Shown here: positions 35,655 to 45,737 of the stretch, piece by piece
Position numbering within the stretch: the stretch's first letter is position 1
How the letters are laid out: each line of letters starts with the position of its first letter
Assembly: GCA_040221415.1 (NCBI GenBank)
Contig: JAVKEN010000012.1
Coordinates: 2,198 to 66,197, forward strand
DNA: 64,000 bases
Direction of reading: 5' to 3'
From: Rickettsiales bacterium
GTDB taxonomy: Bacteria; Pseudomonadota; Alphaproteobacteria; Rickettsiales; JABSSG01
The notes under the pieces: generated by a model
Databases searched by the model: none
Seen by the model: only the letters and a program-made list of their open reading frames with translations
Told to the model about the DNA's origin: nothing
Program-made: the position numbers and the translations under genes

Positions 35655-36589
35655 ATTAAATATCCAAAATCTTCGCCTACATAAGGAACTTCCTTATTCG
35701 ACTCAAATGTCATTGTAGTTTTGCCAAATGGTTGGCATTTATCAGGGTTAGGATTAACCATCTGATATCTGTAAGTGCTTTTCTTCATGATAAAAGCCTT
35801 TCTTTTCTTGCAAGTACCCTTCATGTTTGTTGCAGCTGTTTCATCTGCAAGCCCTACTCTATGCATCTTATATAGAAGTTTCTCAGCTACGTTTGTTGAA
35901 GCCTGAACTCCACCAATATGAGCTGTTACATTGTTATTAATTGGATACATACTTCCCTGACACCCACTACACCAATGAAGTAAATCTCTTGGAAGTCCTA
36001 TATTTGCTGACAAGCAATCAGCACTACAAGCAGTTTGAGCTAAAATATTGTTATATAAAAAAGCCTCTGGATGAATAACCATTGATAATTCATCATCTAG
36101 AGCTAGCGGATCTAACTCACTAATATACGCAACATCAAAACTAGTCTTTTCTAGACAAACAAAATCTGTAAATAACTCAAGCCAGTAAAGAAGTGGATAC
36201 ATATAGTAATGTGAATACCACCTAGATATTTTGGCGCTCGAAGACTTAGAACGAGTTGCCTGATTACGACTCAAGCCAACATCTATCTTCATTCCACCCA
36301 TATTAACAAAACAATATGGCTCATGAGATACATCAACCATCCTAACTGGTTCCCAGAATCCACCAATTAATCCAACCCTAAATGGATCTTTACACATACA
36401 AACAGGCTCAGATGGATTTTTAGTGTCCTTAGCGATTCCTGAATCGTATAATTCCATAGAACCAAGAGTCATTGGGAATAAGCATTCCCAGCAAACATCT
36501 GTAATAGGATTTACAAATCTACCCTTACATTCTTTAGCAGTAGCTTGAACTGATATTATTAGAACTAAAACAGATAGAAGGATTCTCAT
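35624..36589 (-). CDS. traU: F-type TraU
   Basis: The TraU signature 'CKGRFVNPITDVCWECLFPMTLG' is present in a 321 aa protein. Confidence 0.9.
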   Translation of the reverse strand: MRILLSVLVLIISVQATAKECKGRFVNPITDVCWECLFPMTLGSMELYDSGIAKDTKNPSEPVCMCKDPFRVGLIGGFWEPVRMVDVSHEPYCFVNMGGMKIDVGLSRNQATRSKSSSAKISRWYSHYYMYPLLYWLELFTDFVCLEKTSFDVAYISELDPLALDDELSMVIHPEAFLYNNILAQTACSADCLSANIGLPRDLLHWCSGCQGSMYPINNNVTAHIGGVQASTNVAEKLLYKMHRVGLADETAATNMKGTCKKRKAFIMKKSTYRYQMVNPNPDKCQPFGKTTMTFESNKEVPYVGEDFGYLIWRKRNCCIG

Positions 36590-37212
36590 AACTTAACCTC
36601 TTCTATCTTTAGTTTTAATTTTTCCTGCGACACAATAGCTGGAACATGTTCTATCCCAAACTTCTTTGTAAGTACGCCCGATTGATCAAAATATATCCAG
36701 ATTCTATGTTCTTTCTGAAGCTCTATTGGAGAGCCATTAATTAAAACAATCTTGGCTCTACTATCTCTGTCCTTATAAGCTTTAAGAGCAAACTCAACCT
36801 GTTCTTTATCATCGCCGTTAATAAAAATAAGTGCATTTCTAAATGGTACTTTCTCAAGTGGGTTAATAGTTGTGCCAATTGGATGAATAAGCCTACCCTC
36901 ATGGTCATATATATTGTCATTTAGGACGTATGTTGGATCAAAATAATAAGACTTATTCTCTGTAGCCTTCGTAATATTTTCTACAGGTAGAGGCCTATTA
37001 ACCCTTTTTCTAACGGCTTCTTTGGTCTTTTCTTCTAGTTCCACAAGATCAGTCTCTTTTAGCTGAGCCTTTATATACTCAACAATATCTTGCTCTTTAA
37101 TCTCGTAAGTATGACCAACAACTCCAAAATCCTTGGCAGCAGAGTCAAAACTTAAAAACAGTCCAAGAGCAACCAAAATTATCTTAAGAATGTTGTGCCT
37201 ATTTCTTTCCAC
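36586..37212 (-). CDS. traW: F-type TraW
   Basis: 208 aa with a signal peptide and an 'ALIFINGDDKEQV' motif. The position before traU is syntenic. Confidence 0.8.
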   Translation of the reverse strand: MERNRHNILKIILVALGLFLSFDSAAKDFGVVGHTYEIKEQDIVEYIKAQLKETDLVELEEKTKEAVRKRVNRPLPVENITKATENKSYYFDPTYVLNDNIYDHEGRLIHPIGTTINPLEKVPFRNALIFINGDDKEQVEFALKAYKDRDSRAKIVLINGSPIELQKEHRIWIYFDQSGVLTKKFGIEHVPAIVSQEKLKLKIEEVKL

Positions 37213-37598
37213 CTTTTCTCTCCTATAACTTTAATGATTAAATCTTCGGTAATATCCACTCTCTTAGAATTTCCATAAATACCGTAATAACCTTTTGGTA
37301 TTCTGTTCTTGCTCAGAGGAGTAATAAGCATTGGATGATTTTTATAATCATCATTAATAACTAATTTTAACTTCTTCATTTTCTGACCTAGAGATTCCTT
37401 CGCTTTATTATCAGGATCAGCCATTACTCTTTTAGGATCAGGATTTTCTAGAGCTACCCCCATAGCTACTAGCTTGATAAACCTCTCCTGATCAAAGATA
37501 TAAATAGAATTCTTATCACGTGATTCGTAGTATTTACCACCGCTAAATCCAAAAATTAGCGCTACTAGCAGTGCGGATATAATTTTATAGTTTTTCAT
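37179..37598 (-). CDS. TrbI-like small bitopic tra protein
   Basis: 139 aa with one N-terminal TM helix. It occupies the traC-[trbI]-traW slot of F-like operons. The assignment rests on position only. Confidence 0.45.
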   Translation of the reverse strand: MKNYKIISALLVALIFGFSGGKYYESRDKNSIYIFDQERFIKLVAMGVALENPDPKRVMADPDNKAKESLGQKMKKLKLVINDDYKNHPMLITPLSKNRIPKGYYGIYGNSKRVDITEDLIIKVIGEKRWKEIGTTFLR

Positions 37599-40156
37599 GA
37601 GTTTTCCTCATTTGTTAAATGATTAATTGCTTCAGCTAAGCTTAGACCCTGTTTTTGTAATCTTTGAATCTCAACAACGTCTGAAGCCTTAGATGAATAT
37701 AATTTGGCAGAGAATGGATCGAGTATTAGTCTTCCTATCTGCCAAGATCCTGATGAATGACGAATCATCATCTCAGAATATCTTCCCCTCTCTCCTTTTA
37801 AATCTTTTGCTATTCCTATTTCTGGCTTTTCCATCCCCAACTGATCTTTCAAGATCTTTTCATCTTTTCCTTCAGCAGATAGTAAAACACGCCAGTCTGA
37901 CTGAGATAGAACCGCAGCAGCAGCTGCTGACTTACCCTCTTCAAAATCTGAAATACTTTGCGTAGCTACAACAAGATTGCCATTATATTTTCTAGCACGT
38001 CTAGCAATACCCTCGATAAAGCCTTTTATTGCGTCATGCCTAAGTAATCTCCAAGCCTCATCAATAACTAAAGAAGTTCGTTTGGTTCTACCTTGCATCT
38101 TTACATAAACAAGAAATACAACCATTAAAAGAACACTAGTTTGTAATACCTCATTAGATTCAAGACTACTTAACTCAAAAATAGTCAGTAGATTCTCAAT
38201 AGATAAATTAGCTTGGTTGTTGTAGTAGTCAGAATATCTTCCTTCTGCATATTCTCTTAGAACATAAGCAAGACTATCAGCTATATCTTTAGTTTGAGGT
38301 GTCCTAAGCTTAGTAGAAGTTGATAACACTTCGTAAACATCCTTAACCCCCCCTTTACTACCCTTCTCAGAGAGAACAATCTGAACAGATTTCTTAAGAA
38401 CATCTCTGTACAAACCAACATCAAAGTTTTTTGTGTTGTTCTTATCGATATTTGTAACAATACAAAGAATAGAAACTATTAGATCAATTAAAGGCTCTTC
38501 AAAGTCTACTTTGAACTTTTCATCTTTGATTGCGTTGTCTTGATATAGAGAAAATGGATTAATACATAATTTCTCACCACTAAAATCAATAAAGTCACCG
38601 CCGATAATCTTACAACTATTCTGAAAGCTTCTACCATCATCAATTACAACAACCTGTCCGCCTTGTCTAAGTATTGAAGTCATATACTCTTGTAAAAATA
38701 CTGATTTACCACTACCAGACTTACCAACTACAACCATATTGTAGTTACCATTTACATCTGCTGCATAATTATCAAAGAAAAATACCTGCCCTCTTCTGCC
38801 AACTAGCATCATAAGCGGAGTAATATCATTCTGAGCATCAGAAAATATTGGCATTAAATTTAAACAACTAGATGTAAGCATCGTAGTTAATACTTTATTC
38901 CTGCTTAAATTTGGCCAAGAAGCACCAAGTGATAGTGGAAGTGTGTTTATAAGATTATTTAAACAATCATACTTAATCTGGTTTAATCTAAATCCCAGCT
39001 GATAAAAATGATCTTGAATATTCTGAGAAGCGACCTTTTCATCATCTGATTCTTGAATAATAGCTACAACATACATTGCAGCTTTAGCTAGTTTTGCACC
39101 TTTATCGATTTCTTGTGTTACAAAATGCCAGTCTTCCATCTCTTCCCTCATTGCAGGAAAGAAGGTAGCTAACTTAGAACTTGTTTGATTAGTTCTAATA
39201 ATTCTCATTTGTGAGGTTTTACGCTCAGTATTCCTCATATCTTGAGACTTATAACCAAGGCTCATATAAAAAGGATAAGGTATGCCCCTACCAGTCTGGA
39301 AGAAACCTGGATAATCAACACTGTTCATTAATGACCAGTCTTTAGGCCATTCACCAACTTCAAATATTAAATATTTATTTGCATTAATTCCATTATCTAC
39401 CTCAATATATTCAGGATGCATTACATATTCTGAATTTGACGTAGCATTTAATATGGATTCTCCATCATTTATTACTACACGTGATTGCTCAGGAAGTAGA
39501 ATCTGAGTTAGAAAGCTATTTAAGATCTCTTGATTTACTTGCTCAACAAAGCAGCCAATATTTCTAAAACCTTTTTCTAGCTTCTTTCTGATTTCGATGA
39601 TTCTTTCTTTTAATAGTAAGTTCTGATCAATTGAAGCTTTCTTAGTAAAACAAACAGAAAAATATAACTCGAAGTTACGCAAGACCACATCACTGCCCTT
39701 ACCCCATAATCCACTTCTATTACCATTCTCATAAAATTCAGCACGAAAGTGAGTAAGCATTCTATAAATTTCACTCTGAACACCTTTTACGCCCCATTTA
39801 GAAATTATCCCATCAATCTTAGGTGATGCGTAATTTATAACCTGTATGACTGCATCATCAGGTAGTTCATAAGAAATAATCTTATTCAGGGTGTTAATAG
39901 ATTTTTGATCAATCCCACTAAAAGGACTTAACTTTAAAATAAACCCTAGATGGTTCTTACTTTCTAATAGCAGAGTGTCAGGGTCAATTGCTCTAAACGC
40001 ATAACATTGTTTAATGTTATGTAATGAGGAGGCATCGTCTAAAACAATCTTCCCTGACTCCTCTGGGGAGGAATCTTGAGAACTAGAAACAGAGTCTCTT
40101 AGCTCTCGAAGATCTTTTCTGGTTTCGTTAACTAGATTAGTAAATAACTCTTTCAT
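37595..40156 (-). CDS. traC: F-type TraC (VirB4-family ATPase)
   Basis: 853 aa with Walker A 'GKSGSGKS' and Walker B 'LVIDEAW', in the syntenic position after traV. Confidence 0.9.
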   Translation of the reverse strand: MKELFTNLVNETRKDLRELRDSVSSSQDSSPEESGKIVLDDASSLHNIKQCYAFRAIDPDTLLLESKNHLGFILKLSPFSGIDQKSINTLNKIISYELPDDAVIQVINYASPKIDGIISKWGVKGVQSEIYRMLTHFRAEFYENGNRSGLWGKGSDVVLRNFELYFSVCFTKKASIDQNLLLKERIIEIRKKLEKGFRNIGCFVEQVNQEILNSFLTQILLPEQSRVVINDGESILNATSNSEYVMHPEYIEVDNGINANKYLIFEVGEWPKDWSLMNSVDYPGFFQTGRGIPYPFYMSLGYKSQDMRNTERKTSQMRIIRTNQTSSKLATFFPAMREEMEDWHFVTQEIDKGAKLAKAAMYVVAIIQESDDEKVASQNIQDHFYQLGFRLNQIKYDCLNNLINTLPLSLGASWPNLSRNKVLTTMLTSSCLNLMPIFSDAQNDITPLMMLVGRRGQVFFFDNYAADVNGNYNMVVVGKSGSGKSVFLQEYMTSILRQGGQVVVIDDGRSFQNSCKIIGGDFIDFSGEKLCINPFSLYQDNAIKDEKFKVDFEEPLIDLIVSILCIVTNIDKNNTKNFDVGLYRDVLKKSVQIVLSEKGSKGGVKDVYEVLSTSTKLRTPQTKDIADSLAYVLREYAEGRYSDYYNNQANLSIENLLTIFELSSLESNEVLQTSVLLMVVFLVYVKMQGRTKRTSLVIDEAWRLLRHDAIKGFIEGIARRARKYNGNLVVATQSISDFEEGKSAAAAAVLSQSDWRVLLSAEGKDEKILKDQLGMEKPEIGIAKDLKGERGRYSEMMIRHSSGSWQIGRLILDPFSAKLYSSKASDVVEIQRLQKQGLSLAEAINHLTNEENS

Positions 40157-40419
40157 TAATCTATTTCAACCAATTTTGTTTTGTATTTTTTAAAATCTGA
40201 ATAATGCTCTTTAATAAGAACCTTTTTCTTTTCAGTATTAGAATTTAAAACAATATGTTTTCTCGCTAGCTCATCAGCATGAAACACTGATGTACAACCA
40301 AGGCCTGTTGGGTTCTTACATGACCAATTTGACTTATAGGTTGAGCAGCTTACAACTATTGTTAGCAGCATTACTCTGCTAGAATATTGTAATATTGTTA
40401 TAGCATTACGCTTTAGCAT
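40156..40419 (-). CDS. traV: TraV lipoprotein
   Basis: Lipobox 'VVSCS' is followed by the paired-Cys motif 'WSCKNPTGLGCTSV'. The position between traB and traC is syntenic. Confidence 0.7.
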   Translation of the reverse strand: MLKRNAITILQYSSRVMLLTIVVSCSTYKSNWSCKNPTGLGCTSVFHADELARKHIVLNSNTEKKKVLIKEHYSDFKKYKTKLVEID

Positions 40420-41638
40420 TACTTACCTCTTCTTCATTTAATGAAAATCCTTCTTGGAAAACTAAATCAACACCTACTCCTTCATCTATGGAGATAACAG
40501 GTTGATATTGTTCAGCTCTTTTTATGAAATAATCTGATAGTCTGTTTGATGATTCACCAATCCCCGATCCTAGACCAGTTCCAGCTATATTCTTAAGCTG
40601 CGCACTCTGTTTAACTGCTACCCCGCCAGAAAGTGCAAAATTTGGTTGGTATAATTGTGAAGCTCCACTTCCTATTCCACCAATTAGACCAGACAAGAAA
40701 CTATTAGCAACTAAGTCACCCTCTCTGCTAATAATGTCCCCTCTAATTCCAACTTTGCCTTTAGAGGTTACATAACCTTTCACTGGTATTTCTATTATAG
40801 AATCTTCTGACTTAGCACAAGTCATAACAACTGGCTTTAAATAAGCCTTCTCACTAGATAAATCACCAACTGCCTGACATTGAACTACACACCCCATTAA
40901 TTTATTGGTTGTTAAATAATTCTTCCCAAATCCAGCTGAAATCAACTTTCCTGTAATACGTAGCAATACTTGTCTTGGATCAGCTTCAGCACTAACACCA
41001 ATTCCAGCATCCACTCCAGAAATCATTTTAGCTTCCGCGTAACTGCCAGCAGGTATGTAATCGCCTATCTTCTTTACTTTAGCTTTTTTTGGAGTCTCTA
41101 CTCGCTCAATATTAGAATTAAAAAGGCTTGCAGATGAATTTCTATCCTCTTTTAACTTCTCTGCTAGCTGTGCATCATACTTTGCAGATATTTGCTTCTC
41201 AAAATCCTCAAGAACTTTAGCAAGCTCCTGCTTAGTTAAACCATCCTTTTTAATAAAATCTTGAAACTTACCCTGTGCCTCGTTGCTAGCTTGTTGCTGT
41301 TGCTTTATTCTCTCTAACTCCTGCTCAGCACTCTCAGTCCATACCTGCTCATGAGTTGCGCCGCTTGCAAGCTTCTTAATATCAACTTTCTTGGTTGATT
41401 TAGAGGTAGTTCTATTTATTGATGAAGCTTTAGGAGATGCTGAATCAACAGAGTCACCAATAATAGCTGACAAAATCAGCAGAAATATAAATGATCCACC
41501 AAATAGAGCTGCAATCCTTTTATGCTTCTTGCGCACCTCCACAGAATCAGTGCCGCTTGCAATAAAGTAATTCTTAAACTTAGACTTCGCTAAGTAAAAA
41601 AGAGCTAATATTCTTTGTTTTAGTTTAAGATTCTTCAT
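40406..41638 (-). CDS. traB: F-type TraB (VirB10-like)
   Basis: 410 aa with an N-terminal TM helix, a coiled-coil/Gln-rich linker and a Gly-rich C-terminal beta domain. The position is syntenic. Confidence 0.8.
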   Translation of the reverse strand: MKNLKLKQRILALFYLAKSKFKNYFIASGTDSVEVRKKHKRIAALFGGSFIFLLILSAIIGDSVDSASPKASSINRTTSKSTKKVDIKKLASGATHEQVWTESAEQELERIKQQQQASNEAQGKFQDFIKKDGLTKQELAKVLEDFEKQISAKYDAQLAEKLKEDRNSSASLFNSNIERVETPKKAKVKKIGDYIPAGSYAEAKMISGVDAGIGVSAEADPRQVLLRITGKLISAGFGKNYLTTNKLMGCVVQCQAVGDLSSEKAYLKPVVMTCAKSEDSIIEIPVKGYVTSKGKVGIRGDIISREGDLVANSFLSGLIGGIGSGASQLYQPNFALSGGVAVKQSAQLKNIAGTGLGSGIGESSNRLSDYFIKRAEQYQPVISIDEGVGVDLVFQEGFSLNEEEVSNAKA

Positions 41639-41640
41639 GA

Positions 41641-42375
41641 CTATCTCCTCTTAATTGTTATTAGAACTGTCTCTTCGCCTGGATTTAGTTTTTCTTTCTC
41701 CAGGTAGACAGCATCTAGATCATCCGTTAAATAGGTTTCCCTATTTATGAAGGCTACTTGGTGGACGGAGAGGTTTTCTAGATAATACTTAGATGCTGCC
41801 ACCCCCTTTCCTTCCCAATTCGAATCGTGATATTGGGAAATGGAAGCTCGACGTTTTGAAACTGTTTTAAGAATATTTTTCTTTTTAAAGCCTACAGACT
41901 CATCATCAGCTAGAACTGCTGATATGATTTGTGATAATCTCTTTCTAAAATTGCACTCTTCCGAGAAATGACCTTCTCTTTCTTTTTTAGAAGAAGTTTT
42001 GATATCTGTATTTTTTACAAATATCTGTACTGACGGAATATCCTTAGAAGTAAGAATAACCTTATAGTTATTGCCCTTTTCTGTTTTTACAAAAAAATTG
42101 ATTGGTTTATTTACTGTTGGTTTTATATATAAATCAGAACCAGATATTTCATGGGTGAATTCTCCATTAGTTGAGAATAAACCCTCTACTACATCCCCTT
42201 CAAATATAATCCTTGTTAGTTCTTTCTCTGAAATAGTTGCAACAAAGGAAGAATTGTTACTCACACTAAACTTCTGAGATTCAGAAGCACTAGCATTTTC
42301 TCCTTTAAATGCAGCTATTGATATAAGAGATGCTATAAATATTTCTTTAAGACTCATTTTTCTCAACCTCCTCAA
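41641..42375 (-). CDS. traK: F-type TraK (VirB9-like)
   Basis: 244 aa with a signal peptide, between traE and traB. Confidence 0.75.
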   Translation of the reverse strand: MRRLRKMSLKEIFIASLISIAAFKGENASASESQKFSVSNNSSFVATISEKELTRIIFEGDVVEGLFSTNGEFTHEISGSDLYIKPTVNKPINFFVKTEKGNNYKVILTSKDIPSVQIFVKNTDIKTSSKKEREGHFSEECNFRKRLSQIISAVLADDESVGFKKKNILKTVSKRRASISQYHDSNWEGKGVAASKYYLENLSVHQVAFINRETYLTDDLDAVYLEKEKLNPGEETVLITIKRR

Positions 42376-42922
42376 ATGATACTAGCTTTACTAGCCCCGA
42401 CTGATTCTCAAAGCTAAGCCTATATGTTTTGTAATTTGTAGATAATTTCTTGTTATTTAGGTAAGTATCTAAATACCCTGAAAATGTTACATTTAGATTC
42501 CTATTATCAATCTCATACGAGTCTTTACTAAATGTATAAAAATATCTTTTTGTTTTAATGTCTTTTGCAAATTCATTTAGCTGATTACTAAATTCAGCTT
42601 TTTGCTTTGAATCTACTTGCCTTAAAAGTTGTTCTATATTGTAGCTATAGTTCTCAAGACGGAGGTTAAACAATAAGTCTGCTATTTGAGCTGCTCTTAA
42701 ATATAGATAATCTTCTGATACATAATTCGTTCCAATAACTATCTCCTTATCTACAGAAGGAGATATAACTACTATTTTATCTTGTGTGGTCATTGATATT
42801 GCCATCCACAAGTTAGTTGTTAGCAATATACCTGTTGTTACAGCTAATAAGTTGCGCTGCAACCTTGTTACAGGCAGTGCTGGTAAATTTTTAAAATTAA
42901 TCTTTGTCATATTCAGACTCAC
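42347..42922 (-). CDS. traE: F-type TraE
   Basis: 191 aa with a single N-terminal TM helix, positioned after traL. Confidence 0.8.
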   Translation of the reverse strand: MSLNMTKINFKNLPALPVTRLQRNLLAVTTGILLTTNLWMAISMTTQDKIVVISPSVDKEIVIGTNYVSEDYLYLRAAQIADLLFNLRLENYSYNIEQLLRQVDSKQKAEFSNQLNEFAKDIKTKRYFYTFSKDSYEIDNRNLNVTFSGYLDTYLNNKKLSTNYKTYRLSFENQSGLVKLVSFEEVEKNES

Positions 42923-43229
42923 TAAATTTGATTCTTCTTATATGACCAGGAACACTTGATCCTCTAGATAATTCATATGGTAAATACCAATATATTATCC
43001 TTTGAAAATTTCTAAGCAAAGTACGTGAACGAAATCTTGAGTAAATGTTGCCCACTATTATAGCAACTGGAATTCCTAAAACTCCGCTGTCACACAAGAC
43101 AAAGAGGTAATAGGTGCATAAACCCATCATTACTAAGTCAAAAGGTATACCTAACAATCTAGTTGGACGATCAAGTGTTCTTGGTATTCTCATACTTAAC
43201 TCACTGCTTTTGCTACTGGGAAAAGCCAA
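42897..43229 (-). CDS. traL: F-type TraL
   Basis: 110 aa. 'IPRTLDRPTRLLGIPFDLVMMGL' matches the TraL pattern (P..LD....i.G...De). Confidence 0.8.
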   Translation of the reverse strand: MAFPSSKSSELSMRIPRTLDRPTRLLGIPFDLVMMGLCTYYLFVLCDSGVLGIPVAIIVGNIYSRFRSRTLLRNFQRIIYWYLPYELSRGSSVPGHIRRIKFSESEYDKD

Positions 43230-43525
43230 TCAAGGAATTTAGGTATAATTTGTATAAATATCCCTACTCCGAATGGAGCTACCATAGCTATCGCACTCAT
43301 TCTAGTAGCAATAGCAAACACACTGAGTACAAAAGCTATCAAAGTCATAAGCTGACCTCCAGGACCTTTCAAGAGGCTAATTATTCTATCATATACTGGA
43401 AAACTAATCTCTGTACTGGTTGAGGTTTCAGCAATAGCCATCTCTGGCATTACTATTGTTGCAGCAAGTGCTGCTGTGCCAATTAAATGGCCTCTGTTTA
43501 ATTTAAGTTTTTTTAATATTTTCAT
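43196..43525 (-). CDS. traA: Candidate F-like propilin
   Basis: 109 aa and the first gene of the operon. It has a leader ending 'PEMAIA/ET' and two hydrophobic helices. The size and position are those of TraA. Confidence 0.55.
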   Translation of the reverse strand: MKILKKLKLNRGHLIGTAALAATIVMPEMAIAETSTSTEISFPVYDRIISLLKGPGGQLMTLIAFVLSVFAIATRMSAIAMVAPFGVGIFIQIIPKFLDWLFPVAKAVS

Positions 43526-43580
43526 TTTTGTACCTTTGTTAATTAATTAAATATTTTGTTTAGATTTTTTTGCGATATCT

Positions 43581-43838
43581 CTACATACACCCTCCTCCAT
43601 TTGTAAATTTACCCACTGACCTGTCTTTAAGATTCTTAAACACTTCTTCTAAAGTGGATGTCATCCATGTAATCAGACCTTTTGACATTTGCTTAATTGG
43701 ATCAAGAGACTTAAGAATTTTAATTAATGCACTGATTTCTCTATCAGCTGCAATAATTTCTTCTATGAGAGCATCTTTTGGATATTCTGATAATTTAGCT
43801 AAGTTCAGCTTTGGGTTATTTTGCATCTGAAACCTCAT
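43581..43838 (-). CDS. Hypothetical 85 aa protein upstream of the pilin gene
   Basis: I prefer this over the antisense 43570-43830 ORF because it shares the tra orientation. A further ~48-codon ORF (43967-43821, MINIYKYVSTPSLLRC...) overlaps its start. Both are uncertain. Confidence 0.35.
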   Translation of the reverse strand: MRFQMQNNPKLNLAKLSEYPKDALIEEIIAADREISALIKILKSLDPIKQMSKGLITWMTSTLEEVFKNLKDRSVGKFTNGGGCM

Positions 43839-43979
43839 ATGTATTAAGGTTTCTATCCATCAGTTCTTTAAAAAGACATTCAGCACTCTCTTTTGGTAAA
43901 TGATGATAATATTTAAGACACCTCAATAATGAAGGTGTACTTACGTACTTATAAATGTTGATCATAACTATCCTCGTTA

Positions 43980-44081
43980 TTGTTTTCGTTAATTATCCAG
44001 AAAACAAAACGGGGAAGATCTTGACTGATTTAGGTTATTGTAGTAACCTGAGTTTGCAATAAGAGTCTAGAGGTCTTCCCC
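43980..44081. promoter_or_regulatory. Inverted-repeat cluster in the tra/regulator intergenic region (candidate oriT and/or operator)
   Basis: A perfect 8 bp inverted repeat has arms TTGTTTTC (43980-43987) and GAAAACAA (44000-44007). An imperfect inverted repeat has arms GGGGAAGATCT (44011-44021) and AGAGGTCTTCCCC (44069-44081). Between its arms lies 'GGTTATTGTAG', which loosely recalls the MOBF nic core 'TATTGT'. Confidence 0.3.
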
Positions 44082-44193
44082 AGTGTTGACTTCTAGATTT
44101 TTTTTTGCTTTTTAGAAGCATTTCCTCTAATGTATATATAATGACTATTGTAGTCAAGTATTTTTTTCTTATAATACATATTATTTTTATTGA

Positions 44194-44634
44194 ATGAAAT
44201 TAAAAGACTATCTAACAAAATTATTTGCAGATAAAGAAAGCGGGCTGAGGCAAAGTCACGTTTCTAAAAAAGCAGGTATTTCACCCTCTATGATGCATAA
44301 AATCTTATCAGGTGATATTAAGAATCCAAGCATGGAAACTTTGGTCCGTATTGCAGATGTTCTTGAAACCAGCCTAGATGAGCTTGTTGGAAGAAAAAGA
44401 GAGTATTTACAAAATAAACAATCCACTGACCTCTCTCTGAATGAAGACTTACTTGAAGATATCGCTTCTACCTTAAAGACTTTTATAAAGAAAAATGATT
44501 TAAAAAAAATCATGTTTGATGAAGCTATTGAAATTATTTATGAAGTCTATGAGTATTGTATGGAAAAGAATAATGGTACTCTTAATAAGGATTTCACAGA
44601 GTGGTTCTTAGAGAAGTCTCTTAAGAACGCTTGA
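44194..44634 (+). CDS. XRE (Cro/CI)-family HTH regulator
   Basis: 'LRQSHVSKKAGISPSMMHKILSGDIKNPSMETLVRIADVLETSLDELVG' is a canonical HTH_3 domain. Confidence 0.8.
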   Translation: MKLKDYLTKLFADKESGLRQSHVSKKAGISPSMMHKILSGDIKNPSMETLVRIADVLETSLDELVGRKREYLQNKQSTDLSLNEDLLEDIASTLKTFIKKNDLKKIMFDEAIEIIYEVYEYCMEKNNGTLNKDFTEWFLEKSLKNA

Positions 44635-45051
44635 TTCTTAGAGAAACCCACCATTCAGCAAAATCTTCATCAAAATTGTCTTTTTTGCTGCAATATACGT
44701 AAATTTCATTAAGGGCAGTGTTGAATTCTTTAAGGGACACATCAAAAGATGATTTGTTAATGAATTTAATAAGATAATTCATTACATCTTCCATAACCTT
44801 AAGTTTCACATTAGAAGGAAGTTTAAAGTAGTTTTCGTTTTGAGTTGTTGATCTACCTGCTAATTCATCGAGAGAACAACCAATTTCATCGCATATTTTG
44901 GTCGCTGTAGATAATTTGATATCTTTCAGTCTACAAGACAAGAAACCGTAAATTGCTTCAGCAAGAACACCTGTTTTTTTTCAAGCATTCGAATGCTAAT
45001 ATGATTAACTTCGCAATATTTCTTAATAAACTCTCTTGCAGCTTCAGACAT
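44621..45051 (-). pseudogene. Paralogous XRE-family regulator interrupted by a frameshift at an A8 tract
   Basis: My translation from the ATG at 45051 gives 'MSEAAREFIKKYCEVNHISIRMLEKK' and then leaves the frame. The frame of the tracked 106 aa ORF continues '(K)TGVLAEAIYGFLSCRLKDIKLSTATKICDEIGCSLDELAGRS'. Joining the two gives an intact HTH_3 domain. The junction is the T8 run at 44974-44981 (A8 on the coding strand). Confidence 0.65.
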
Positions 45052-45056
45052 AGTTG

Positions 45057-45737
45057 TTAGCAATTTTTATTTTTCTTGTTTTGTAAATAAACAACTCTAT
45101 CTTGATTTTCTGCTTTTCTATTCTCCTTATATAGCGTGTACCTTAATCTCAAACAATTTGGTAAACCTTTTGTTGATTTAACTTCACACTTTATATTGTG
45201 CAGTCTGAAAGATTGTTTTAATTCTTTCCAACTAAGAACTAAGTCGCTTTGATTGCTCTTTGCTAGTATAGTTCTGTCATTATAACCAACTAAAGATAGT
45301 AAATAACCTTTCTCCTTAACACAAAGTTCTAAACGCTCTCCCTTCTTCTTGAAAAACAATTCAATCTTATTGTTACGTCTTGAATGCTTAACTAATAAGT
45401 TTATTAGGCTATATATTTGCTGAAAAATTACTGAATAACCTGAATTTAAAACATATGAGTTTTTAAAGGAAAGAAAGGTTGTTGTGATCGTGATATTCTT
45501 TCTGTAAATATCCAAAGCTAGTACACTCAACACTTTGTCTATCACTTCATCCAGTTTAACTGGACTATCTGAAGAATCTAAAACAATTTTGTTAAATCTC
45601 TGCTGAGTCTTTGATATTATTGAGAAAATAACTTCTTCCTTACATTTACTAAACAAATCATAAAATAACTTTTTACTTTCTGTTTTATCAAAATATTTAG
45701 TTTGATAGGCACTATTAATTACTTGCAACTTGGACAT
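45057..45737 (-). CDS. Hypothetical protein with a degenerate histidine-kinase-like ATPase (HATPase_c-like) pattern
   Basis: 'IFQQIYSLINLLVKHSRRNNKIELFFKKKGERLELCVKEKGY' follows the N-box...G1-box spacing but lacks the conserved Asn and DxGxG. Its stop lies 5 nt upstream of the frameshifted XRE gene. Confidence 0.4.
   Translation of the reverse strand: MSKLQVINSAYQTKYFDKTESKKLFYDLFSKCKEEVIFSIISKTQQRFNKIVLDSSDSPVKLDEVIDKVLSVLALDIYRKNITITTTFLSFKNSYVLNSGYSVIFQQIYSLINLLVKHSRRNNKIELFFKKKGERLELCVKEKGYLLSLVGYNDRTILAKSNQSDLVLSWKELKQSFRLHNIKCEVKSTKGLPNCLRLRYTLYKENRKAENQDRVVYLQNKKNKNC

Noticed and set aside
43570-43830. 86 aa plus-strand ORF
   Set aside because: It is antisense to an equally long minus-strand ORF that matches the tra operon orientation. 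Neither is strongly supported, so I kept only the minus-strand one at low confidence.
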